A stretch of 55,699 bases of DNA, taken from the NCBI GenBank assembly GCA_900765575.1, contig CAAFRW010000234.1, positions 1 to 55,699 of the forward strand, read 5' to 3'. Position 1 is the first letter of the stretch; every line of letters begins with the position of its first letter. Shown here piece by piece: positions 39,805 through 48,532 of the stretch. Both the position numbers and the translations under genes were made by a program. Below the pieces are notes generated by a model. That model was not told where the DNA came from, made no database searches, and saw only the letters and a program-made list of their open reading frames with translations. The stretch is from Bacteroidaceae bacterium. GTDB taxonomy: Bacteria; Bacteroidota; Bacteroidia; Bacteroidales; Bacteroidaceae.

Positions 39805-42079
39805 TTTATTCTTGCTACTATTTACTTTATCTATTACGGTAATCATGGCACAAGAAAAGAAAAGCTTCACACTGGAAGACTTGATTCCGGGAGGAAGCAA
39901 CTACTACAACTATTCTCCTAAAAATTTGTACGGGGTGCAATGGTGGGGAGATGTATGTATTAAACCCGACATGGAAGAGGTGAAAACCATCAACCCAAAG
40001 ACCGGCGAAGAAACCACCCTCTTTACACTGAAAGAAATCAATCAGGTGATTCAGGACAATAAGCTACCTTATAAACTGCTTAAGCCGCTCAAACCACTGC
40101 GTCACCTGATGAGCGGTTCTTATCCATGGGCCGACCGGAGCATTCTGTTATGTGCTACACAGGACGAAGACGGAAGCCTGTATCAGCTCTATTACGACTT
40201 CCAACAGAAGAAAATAACCAATCTGTTCCGCATCCAAAGTCCGAAAGGCAAAACGCCGGAGAATATCGATTTCTGTCCGGCCAGCGGATATATGGCCTAT
40301 ACGATAGGAAAAGACTTATATATTGCCCATGAGGGAGATTTCAGTACCATGGTTAATCCCTCTTTTACAGGTAAGGCAGAGAATGACCCCGAGAAAGAAG
40401 TGGTTTACGGACAGGCCGTACACCGCAATGAATTCGGCATTATGAAAGGTACATTCTGGAGTCCGAAAGGAAACCTCCTGGCCTTCTACCGCATGGACCA
40501 AAGCATGGTGACCGACTACCCGCAGGTAGATATCAGCACCCGCATAGCCACACTGGTTCCCGACAAATACCCTATGGCAGGTATGACCAGCCACAAAGTA
40601 ACCGTAGGGGTTTACAATCCGCAGAACGGACAGACGGTTTATTTGAAAGCCGGCGACCCGACCGACCGTTACTTTACCAACATTAGCTGGAGTCCGGATG
40701 AAACAAAAATCTATATGATAGAACTCAACCGCGACCAGAATCATGCCGAGCTGGTTCGATACGATGCCACCACAGGCGATAGGGAAGCGGTGATTTATGA
40801 AGAGAAACATCCCAAATATGTAGAGCCTTCACACCCTCTCACCTTCTTACCGTGGGATGCTTCAAAGTTTATTTATCAAACTCAACGCGACGGTTTCAAT
40901 CACCTTTATCTGTTCGATACCCAAAAGCCGCTCAAAGAAGAGACGTTTAAAGCCGGCAAAGCTGGCGGAGAATACCGCGAAACGGTAAAAGTAACTCCTC
41001 TGACGCAAGGTGACTGGCTAGTACAAGACATCATCGGATTCAATGTGAAAAAGAAAGAAATATTCATTCAAAGCACAGAGGTGTCGCCACTGCAATCGAA
41101 CATTTACGCCGTAAATGTAAACAATGGAAAACGACGCGCCATAGGTAACAGCGAAGGTGTTCATCGCGTACAACTGTCCGGCAGCGGCACATACCTGATA
41201 GACAGCTATACCACTCCCAACATTCCACGGAATATCGATATTGTAAGCACTACCAATCAACATGTACAGAACCTCTTTTCCGCACCTAATCCGTGGGAAG
41301 AGTTCAACGTACCGGAAGTAGAAGTAGGAACTATCAAAGCTGCCGACGGCCAAACAGACCTATATTACCGAATGATTAAACCGGTCCATTTCGACCCGAA
41401 CAAAAAATATCCGGCGGTAGTCTATGTATACGGAGGTCCTCACGCACAAATGATTAATGCCTCTTATCACTACGGTGCACGCGGATGGGATATGTTTATG
41501 GCACAAGAAGGATACGTGATGTTCACCATAGATAATCGCGGAAGCGAGAACCGGGGAATCGAATTCGAAAACTGCACTTTCCGCCAGTTAGGAGTAGAAG
41601 AGATGAAAGACCAGCTCAAAGGAGTGGACTATTTAAAATCTCTTCCGTTTATAGACGGCAACCGATTGGGCGTACACGGATGGAGTTTCGGTGGATTCAT
41701 GACAACCAACCTGATGCTCTCTTATCCCGACGTATTCAAAGTAGGTGTAGCCGGTGGCCCGGTTATCGACTGGAAATACTACGAAATTATGTATGGCGAA
41801 CGTTACATGGATACTCCGCAAGCCAATCCTGAAGGTTATAAAGGTTCGAACTTAAACGAGAAAGCAGGCAATCTGAAAGGTCGCCTCGAAATTATATATG
41901 GAGGAAACGACCCCACCTGCGTACCCCAGCATACGCTCTCGTTTATCCGTTCGTGCATAGACAAAGGGACGCACCCCGACCTATTTACCTATCCGGGACA
42001 AGGACACAACATGGTCGGCAAAGACCGTGTACATTTGCACGAACACATTACCCGTTATTTCAAAGACCATTTGAAATAG
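39788..42079 (+). CDS. S9-family dipeptidyl/prolyl-tripeptidyl peptidase (DPP IV-like)
   Basis: ATG 39788 with signal peptide IMA|Q, FWSPKG, YGGPH, GWSFGG nucleophile, terminal Asp and His motifs. Confidence 0.93.
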   Translation: MKKKTNLFLLLFTLSITVIMAQEKKSFTLEDLIPGGSNYYNYSPKNLYGVQWWGDVCIKPDMEEVKTINPKTGEETTLFTLKEINQVIQDNKLPYKLLKPLKPLRHLMSGSYPWADRSILLCATQDEDGSLYQLYYDFQQKKITNLFRIQSPKGKTPENIDFCPASGYMAYTIGKDLYIAHEGDFSTMVNPSFTGKAENDPEKEVVYGQAVHRNEFGIMKGTFWSPKGNLLAFYRMDQSMVTDYPQVDISTRIATLVPDKYPMAGMTSHKVTVGVYNPQNGQTVYLKAGDPTDRYFTNISWSPDETKIYMIELNRDQNHAELVRYDATTGDREAVIYEEKHPKYVEPSHPLTFLPWDASKFIYQTQRDGFNHLYLFDTQKPLKEETFKAGKAGGEYRETVKVTPLTQGDWLVQDIIGFNVKKKEIFIQSTEVSPLQSNIYAVNVNNGKRRAIGNSEGVHRVQLSGSGTYLIDSYTTPNIPRNIDIVSTTNQHVQNLFSAPNPWEEFNVPEVEVGTIKAADGQTDLYYRMIKPVHFDPNKKYPAVVYVYGGPHAQMINASYHYGARGWDMFMAQEGYVMFTIDNRGSENRGIEFENCTFRQLGVEEMKDQLKGVDYLKSLPFIDGNRLGVHGWSFGGFMTTNLMLSYPDVFKVGVAGGPVIDWKYYEIMYGERYMDTPQANPEGYKGSNLNEKAGNLKGRLEIIYGGNDPTCVPQHTLSFIRSCIDKGTHPDLFTYPGQGHNMVGKDRVHLHEHITRYFKDHLK

Positions 42080-42120
42080 TAGAAAGAAAGAACGCTGAAA
42101 TATAAAAACGATATAAAAAG

Positions 42121-43392
42121 ATGAAGATATTATTATTAGGTTCAGGTGGACGCGAGCATGCTTTAGCATGGAAGATAGCGCAAAGTCCGAAAGTAGAGAA
42201 ACTGTATATTGCCCCGGGAAATGCCGGAACAAGTAACGTCGGCACGAATGTTGACATCGACATGCGCTACTCGTTTACCAGCTTAAAGGAATTTGTGTTA
42301 TGCGAAGGTATCGACATGGTAGTGGTAGGTCCTGAAGAACCGCTGGTGAAAGGCGTCTACGACTATTTTAAAGAAAATGAACTATTGCGTAACATCCCGG
42401 TAATAGGTCCATCCAAAGCGGGTGCCGTATTGGAGGGGAGCAAGGAGTTTGCCAAAGGGTTCATGCAACGCCACCAGATACCCACCGCTGCATACAAAAG
42501 CATTACAGCCAACAATTTGGAAGAGGGATTGGCTTTTCTGGAAACACTGGAAGCTCCTTATGTACTGAAAGCCGACGGACTCTGTGCCGGCAAGGGAGTA
42601 CTGATTCTTCCTACGCTGGAGGAAGCAAAGAAAGAATTGAAAGAGATGCTGGGCGGTATGTTCGGCGACGCATCGGCAACGGTAGTCATCGAAGAGTTCC
42701 TGAGCGGTATCGAATGTTCCGTATTTGTACTGACCGACGGCAAACATTACAAGATTCTTCCCGAAGCGAAGGATTACAAACGCATCGGCGAAGGGGACAA
42801 AGGGTTGAATACAGGAGGTATGGGTTCGGTTTCACCGGTTCCGTTTGCGAATGCGGACTGGATGAAAAAGGTGGAAGACCGCATTATCCGCCCCACAGTA
42901 GAAGGTTTGGCTGAAGAGAACATCGACTATAAAGGATTCATCTTCTTCGGATTGATAAATGTAAAAGGCGAACCGATGGTGATTGAATACAATGTCCGCA
43001 TGGGTGACCCGGAAACAGAAAGCGTCATGCTGCGCATCCAAAGTGATTTGGTCGACTTGCTCGAAGGGGTAGCCACCGGCACGCTGGACCAGAAGACGTT
43101 AGAGATAGACCCACGTACGGCCGTATGTGTGATGTTGGTGTCCGGCGGATATCCCGAAGGGTATGCAAAAGGATATCCTATCACCGGAGTGGAGAAGGTA
43201 CAGGATAGTATTGTGTTCCATGCCGGAACTGCTCTGAAAGACGGACAAGTGGTAACCAACGGCGGACGTGTTATCGCTGTAAGTTCTTACGGTAACAACA
43301 AAGAGGAAGCTTTGGCCAAGTCTTTTGCCAATGCCAAACTGATTGAATTTAAGGATAAGTATTTCCGCTCGGATATTGGTTTCGATTTGTAG
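42121..43392 (+). CDS. purD: Phosphoribosylamine--glycine ligase
   Basis: [46 protein letters not shown]. Confidence 0.97.
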   Translation: MKILLLGSGGREHALAWKIAQSPKVEKLYIAPGNAGTSNVGTNVDIDMRYSFTSLKEFVLCEGIDMVVVGPEEPLVKGVYDYFKENELLRNIPVIGPSKAGAVLEGSKEFAKGFMQRHQIPTAAYKSITANNLEEGLAFLETLEAPYVLKADGLCAGKGVLILPTLEEAKKELKEMLGGMFGDASATVVIEEFLSGIECSVFVLTDGKHYKILPEAKDYKRIGEGDKGLNTGGMGSVSPVPFANADWMKKVEDRIIRPTVEGLAEENIDYKGFIFFGLINVKGEPMVIEYNVRMGDPETESVMLRIQSDLVDLLEGVATGTLDQKTLEIDPRTAVCVMLVSGGYPEGYAKGYPITGVEKVQDSIVFHAGTALKDGQVVTNGGRVIAVSSYGNNKEEALAKSFANAKLIEFKDKYFRSDIGFDL

Positions 43393-43407
43393 TTATTAAG
43401 TGGAGAG

Positions 43408-43543
43408 TTGGTTAATTGAAAGTGGAAAATTGAAAATTGAAAGTGAGAGAACTTGGTTAATTGAAAGTGGAAAGTGGAAAATTGAAAGTGGAAGAACTTG
43501 GTTAATTGAAAGTGAGGAAAGCTGATTAATTGAAAGTGGGAAA
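43408..43543 (+). repeat. Heptamer repeat array with a 45-bp higher-order unit
   Basis: ttggttaattgaaagtg at 43408, 43453 and 43498, variant at 43522; filled with aaattga/aagtgga heptamers. Confidence 0.88.
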
Positions 43544-43594
43544 GACTAGTCTTTTCCTTCTCCATTTTAAATATCCGTAAGAAACAGAAGAACG

Positions 43595-44596
43595 GTGGCA
43601 AGAAGAAAATACATCCAGGAATACATCACCACGGGAAGGCTTACGCTTCCTGTGGTGATACTTCTTGTATCCCTTATATGGCTGATAGGTAGCTTATCAC
43701 CTATCAAGGGAGTAGACAGTAATGTTTTTTGGAACAAGCTGTTGGAAATATTGCAAGGGTCTTTTTTGAGAAACCTGCTCGGGTATATCTTGCTCGGAGT
43801 AGCCGCAGTGCAGCTTTTGATACTTCACAACACCTTTGCGCTGATTCGGACGCATTCCAACTTTTATCTTACCTTGTTTATCTTGTTTGGCGGTTTGCTT
43901 GTTCCGCAAACATTGGATGTAGCCAGTGTTATAGTTCCCTGCGTACTGCTTACTACCCATAATTTGTTCAAGACATACCAAATGCAGCAACCGGTAGGTT
44001 ATGTTTTCCAGGCATTCCTGTTTATCGGATTGGGAAGCATTTTATTTCCTCCATTGCTTTACTATATACCTTTTTTCTATATAAGTCTGATAAATTTTCA
44101 TACGTTGACCTGGCGCACCTTTTTCGCCGGACTCTTAGGCATTTGTCTACCCTACTGGGGAATATTTGCCTATGCCGTCTTCACAGAGAATATGACTTTG
44201 TTCTATGGGCCGTTCCTAAAACTGGTACCCACATTACCGATTTGTTACGATGGGTGGACACTTCCAATGATTCTCTCTTTAAGTTATGTTTTGCTGATTA
44301 CTTTAACCGGAAGTCTGCATTGCCTGATTTATAATTACGAAGACAAGATAAAGACTCGCGCTTTGCTCTCCTATTTTATAGCGCTACAAGTATGGACGCT
44401 CTTGCTCTTGTTCGGGCAACCGCAATATTACTCCACCTTGTTTCCTATTCTCATTACAGGAAGCTGTATATTGGGAGGACACTTTTTTGCACTTAGCCGC
44501 ACAAAAGCCAGCAACCTATTCTTTGTGGTTTGTGTTCTATTATTCATCGCTCTAATTTCGTACATTATATGGACGTATACGCACAATATCTATTAG
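43595..44596 (+). CDS. Polytopic membrane protein (DUF6427-like)
   Basis: Many hydrophobic segments; usual neighbour of purD in Bacteroidales as recalled, not checked. Confidence 0.75.
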   Translation: MARRKYIQEYITTGRLTLPVVILLVSLIWLIGSLSPIKGVDSNVFWNKLLEILQGSFLRNLLGYILLGVAAVQLLILHNTFALIRTHSNFYLTLFILFGGLLVPQTLDVASVIVPCVLLTTHNLFKTYQMQQPVGYVFQAFLFIGLGSILFPPLLYYIPFFYISLINFHTLTWRTFFAGLLGICLPYWGIFAYAVFTENMTLFYGPFLKLVPTLPICYDGWTLPMILSLSYVLLITLTGSLHCLIYNYEDKIKTRALLSYFIALQVWTLLLLFGQPQYYSTLFPILITGSCILGGHFFALSRTKASNLFFVVCVLLFIALISYIIWTYTHNIY

Positions 44597-45045
44597 ATTA
44601 CGGTTACTTCGGCATGTTCATCGCCGCATTCCTGGCAGGTACCGTAGTTCCCTTTGCCTCCGAAGCCATACTGATAGCTTTCATCAAAATGGGATTGGAC
44701 CCTTATCTTACTACCCTGTACGCTACCCTCGGCAATACCGCCGGCAGTATGACTTGCTATTGGATTGGGCATCTGGGAAAGATGGAATGGATAGAAAAAT
44801 ATTTAAAGGTGACTCCGGCCATGATGCAACGAGGCGAACGGTTTGTTAAGGGACGGGGAGCCTGGATGGGATTTTTCTCATTCCTGCCTGTTATCGGCAA
44901 CGCTCTCACTATCGCATTGGGATGGATGCGTGCCAACGTATGGATTACCACCTTGTCCATTGGTATTGGCGCATTAGTACGATATATCGCTTGCATTTTA
45001 GCTACAGACGGTTTAATCTCTCTCTTTTTCTCGATATGGAAATAG
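44569..45045 (+). CDS. YqaA/VTT (DedA-like) membrane protein
   Basis: FLAGTVVPFASE, ATLGNTAGS, FLPVIG; ATG at 44569. Confidence 0.85.
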   Translation: MDVYAQYLLDYGYFGMFIAAFLAGTVVPFASEAILIAFIKMGLDPYLTTLYATLGNTAGSMTCYWIGHLGKMEWIEKYLKVTPAMMQRGERFVKGRGAWMGFFSFLPVIGNALTIALGWMRANVWITTLSIGIGALVRYIACILATDGLISLFFSIWK

Positions 45046-45887
45046 AACTGACTAACGACGGAAGTCCAACCCTGTTTGTTCCGGAGTTGAACGAACATTA
45101 TCACTCCACAAAAGGAGCGGTTACAGAGTCGCAACATATCTTTATCCACATGGGGTTAGAACAGACAACCGCTATAAAGCCTCGTGTACTGGAGATAGGT
45201 TTCGGAACCGGACTGAACGCGTTCCTGACTTTGCTGGCTGCCGAAAAGCTGAAACGGGACATACATTATACGAGTATTGAACTTTATCCGTTGAAAGAAG
45301 AACTTGTCCGCCAACTCGGTTATCCGGAACAAATAGCGCCGGACAGGGCCGATGACTTTTATGCCTTGCACCGGGCTGAGTGGAACAAAGAAGTAACTTT
45401 GAATCTGCACGCTGCTACACAGCCGAAGAACAACAGACCGGACAGTCAAGTAGAAAACGCTACCCTGCAAAGCGTTAACCCTACAAGCAGCCTTGTACAA
45501 GGTTGCGAGCAACTGAACAACCGTCCACAAAGGAACTGTCGGGAAACAGCCGTTTCAGAAGCCGGAACATCCGATGCCCCACGCTTCACACTGTATAAAA
45601 TTGAAGGAGACTTTACCCGATATGCATTGAACGGAACATATGATGTAGTCTATTTCGATGCCTTTGCACCGGAAAAACAACCCGAGATGTGGGAGCAAGC
45701 CTTGTTCGACAAGCTGTTCGACTTACTGAATCCGGCAGGTATTCTAACCACCTACTGTTCAAAAGGCGTCGTACGCAGAATGCTTCAAGCCAGCGGATTT
45801 AAAGTAGAACGACTGCCCGGACCTCCCAATGGGAAACGGGAAATTTTAAGAGCAACGAAGGTGCAGGCCGGAATACAAAAAGAATAA
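45036..45887 (+). CDS. mnmD: tRNA mnm5s2U34 methyltransferase (MnmC methyltransferase domain) with an internal insertion
   Basis: TNDGSPTL, HYHSTKGA, LEIGFGTGLN, YFDAFAPEKQPEMW, GPPNGKRE; ATG at 45036. Confidence 0.88.
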   Translation: MEIELTNDGSPTLFVPELNEHYHSTKGAVTESQHIFIHMGLEQTTAIKPRVLEIGFGTGLNAFLTLLAAEKLKRDIHYTSIELYPLKEELVRQLGYPEQIAPDRADDFYALHRAEWNKEVTLNLHAATQPKNNRPDSQVENATLQSVNPTSSLVQGCEQLNNRPQRNCRETAVSEAGTSDAPRFTLYKIEGDFTRYALNGTYDVVYFDAFAPEKQPEMWEQALFDKLFDLLNPAGILTTYCSKGVVRRMLQASGFKVERLPGPPNGKREILRATKVQAGIQKE

Positions 45888-46125
45888 ACCACCCAAGGAA
45901 AGAAGCTTGCTTGGAGAAAAATAAAAGATTAAAAACAAGTGATAGAAAGCAAATCGGGCACAGACGAAATGCTTCTTAACGAATAAGGATAAAACATCTA
46001 CGGGCAGAACATGGACCGAAGCACTGTAAAAGTATAGAAACCAAAGTCTGAAAGATAAATAGGAACGGAACTTTTGCACAGAGAACAGGAAAAGGATAAA
46101 AGCAGGCGGCAACTATTTTTAAAGT

Positions 46126-46210
46126 GCAATTGTTAGATAAAAAGCAACACCGGATAAAAGAAGGAGAAAATGCCGATGAACTGATACGCCGACCCGCAAT
46201 TGTTAGATAA
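46126..46210 (+). repeat. 15-bp direct repeat gcaattgttagataa, 70 bp apart
   Basis: Exact copies at 46126-46140 and 46196-46210, upstream of the metal ABC genes. Confidence 0.7.
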
Positions 46211-46324
46211 TAAAGAGTGTTGGACGAAAGTAAGATAGAAAATCCGGATGGTCAAGAGAACCTGACGGAAACAACAAAACGATTAAAAGAAGTATTCAAC
46301 TGACAAAAAAAGAGGAACTAAAAC

Positions 46325-47314
46325 ATGAAACAATCTCTATATACCCTTGCCACACGGTTTGTCACCGAAATGAAAGCGATATGCCGGACTCTTACAGCTA
46401 AAAAGCTGAACCTGACAACGCAACCCTCTACCAAAGTGAAGAGAGGGAACCCGATACAATATGGGGCTGTTCTTTTTGTAGCCATGTTGATGGCAGCATG
46501 TTCCGGCAAACAGCATCATTCCGATGAACGGATTATCACTGTAACCATCGAACCGATACGTTATTTTACCGAACAGATTGCCGGTGATAAATTTAAAGTA
46601 GTCAGCATGGTACCGGGAGGAAGCAGTCCGGAAACTTACGACCCGACCCCTCAGCAGTTGGTTCATCTTGCCGGTAGCGAGGTTTATTTCCGCATTGGAT
46701 ACATTGGTTTTGAACAGACCTGGATGCAACGACTGGTTGAAAACGCACCTCAAATGGAGGTATTCGATTTATCAAAAGGAATCTCCCTTATTAAAGAGGA
46801 AGCACATCAGCACGGCGACCATTTCCATGCCGGCGGAGTAGAGCCCCATCTATGGAACTCACCGACCAATGCCCGACTGATAACTCAAAACATCTATCAG
46901 GCTTTGTGCCAGCTCGACCCGGACAACAAAGAGTTCTATACACAGAACCTGAACAAGGTGAACCGGGAAATAGAGGACACAGACAAAGAGATACGGGAGT
47001 TGTTGAGCGGACAACATGACAAAGCTTTCCTTATTTACCATCCGGCGTTGAGCTATTATGCCAGAGATTACGGAATCCATCAAATCTGTATAGAGGAGAA
47101 TGGGAAAGAGCCTTCGGCCAGTCATCTGAAGGAGCTGGCGGATTTGTGCAAACAGGGAGATATACGGGTGGTGTTCATCCAAAAAGAATTTGATACCCGC
47201 AATGCAGAACTGATTGCCAAGGAAGCCGGTGCACAGTTGATTTCCATCAACCCGCTGAACTACGAATGGAAAGAAGAGTTGATTCAAACCACTAAAGCAC
47301 TCTGCCATGAATAA
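46325..47314 (+). CDS. znuA: Zn/Mn ABC transporter substrate-binding lipoprotein (ZnuA-like; start uncertain)
   Basis: Lipobox MAAC, SPETYDPTP, His-rich loop HQHGDHFH, EPHLWNSP, YHPALSY, GKEPS. Confidence 0.85.
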   Translation: MKQSLYTLATRFVTEMKAICRTLTAKKLNLTTQPSTKVKRGNPIQYGAVLFVAMLMAACSGKQHHSDERIITVTIEPIRYFTEQIAGDKFKVVSMVPGGSSPETYDPTPQQLVHLAGSEVYFRIGYIGFEQTWMQRLVENAPQMEVFDLSKGISLIKEEAHQHGDHFHAGGVEPHLWNSPTNARLITQNIYQALCQLDPDNKEFYTQNLNKVNREIEDTDKEIRELLSGQHDKAFLIYHPALSYYARDYGIHQICIEENGKEPSASHLKELADLCKQGDIRVVFIQKEFDTRNAELIAKEAGAQLISINPLNYEWKEELIQTTKALCHE

Positions 47315-48071
47315 TCCGATTATCCAACTCAAACAGATAGAGGTGGCCTACGACGAAAAGAGCGTATTGACCGATGTCAACCTGACTGTTTACAACAAGG
47401 ACTTCCTCGGCATTATCGGCCCTAACGGAGGAGGCAAAACGACGTTGATAAAAGTGATTCTGGGATTGATTAAACCCCGAAGTGGAGAAGTATGCTTCTT
47501 CCGAGAAGGAAAACCGGTGGACGAAATCAAGATGGGGTACCTGCCGCAGTACAACCAGATAGACAAAAAGTTCCCCATCTCCGTTTACGACGTGATTCTT
47601 TCCGGACTCAGCAAGCAAAAGTCACTCTTCCGGCGATTCAACAAAGAACAGCATGCCAAAGTAACCGAAACCATCGCGCAGATGGGATTGGATGGTCTGG
47701 AACAGCGTGCTATCGGACAATTGAGCGGCGGACAACTGCAAAGGGCGTTGCTCGGAAGAGCCATCATTTCGGAACCCGACGTAGTGATTCTGGATGAACC
47801 GAACACCTATATCGACAAACGTTTCGAAGCCAAACTCTATAAATTGCTCGAAGAGATTAACCGGGAGAGAGCCATCATCCTGGTGAGCCACGATATAGGT
47901 ACCGTGCTACAGAATGTAAAAACCATAGCTTGCGTAAACGAAATACTGGATTACCACCCCGATACGGAAGTGCCTGCCGAATGGCTGGAGGAGAACTTCG
48001 GATGCCCCATCGAAATGTTGGGACACGGCAACTTCCCTCACCGCATTCTGAAGTGTCATCATCACGAATAG
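47307..48071 (+). CDS. znuC: Metal ABC transporter ATP-binding protein (ZnuC-like)
   Basis: Walker A GPNGGGKTT, LSGGQ signature, ILDEP, VSHD; His/Cys-rich C-terminus. Confidence 0.88.
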   Translation: MNNPIIQLKQIEVAYDEKSVLTDVNLTVYNKDFLGIIGPNGGGKTTLIKVILGLIKPRSGEVCFFREGKPVDEIKMGYLPQYNQIDKKFPISVYDVILSGLSKQKSLFRRFNKEQHAKVTETIAQMGLDGLEQRAIGQLSGGQLQRALLGRAIISEPDVVILDEPNTYIDKRFEAKLYKLLEEINRERAIILVSHDIGTVLQNVKTIACVNEILDYHPDTEVPAEWLEENFGCPIEMLGHGNFPHRILKCHHHE

Positions 48072-48231
48072 AACGGTGCTACGACATGGTGCAAAAAGTA
48101 CCTTTCGTCCGGTAATGCATAAAAAGCATCCTTGAACCGGCAGCGTACAAAAAGAGACGCAGAGCGGGACACAGTTACACCCTTACCTGAATACATTGAT
48201 AATAAAACACTTAGTAAGGCAATTTAGAACA

Positions 48232-48383
48232 GTTGAGGTAGCGCTATCTACGTCGTGACGTTGCGCTATCAAGCTCACGAGGTTGTACTATCTACGTTGT
48301 GAGGTAGCGCTATCAAGCTCATGAGGCCACGCTATCAACATTACGAAGCGGTGCTATCAAGCTCACAAAGCAGCGCTATCAAC
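48232..48383 (-). repeat. 22-bp tandem repeat, 7 copies; reverse complement of the 26036 family
   Basis: ctatc at 48244, 48266, 48288, 48310, 48332, 48354 and 48376; unit tacgttgtgaggtagcgctatc. Confidence 0.9.
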
Positions 48384-48481
48384 GTTCTTTCATCACAGAG
48401 TCGACCCCGGCAAAACTTTAAATAAACTTATAATACGCACACAAAGCGCCCTAAAACTGCGGCTCGTTAAAATATCTTTTC

Positions 48482-48489
48482 TATCTTTG
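48482..48489 (+). promoter_or_regulatory. -7 element (TATCTTTG)
   Basis: TAnnTTTG match about 45 bp upstream of ATG 48533. Confidence 0.65.
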
Positions 48490-48532
48490 CGGCCATTAAT
48501 ACACAGAAAGTTATCAAAAGAAAAACATTTAA

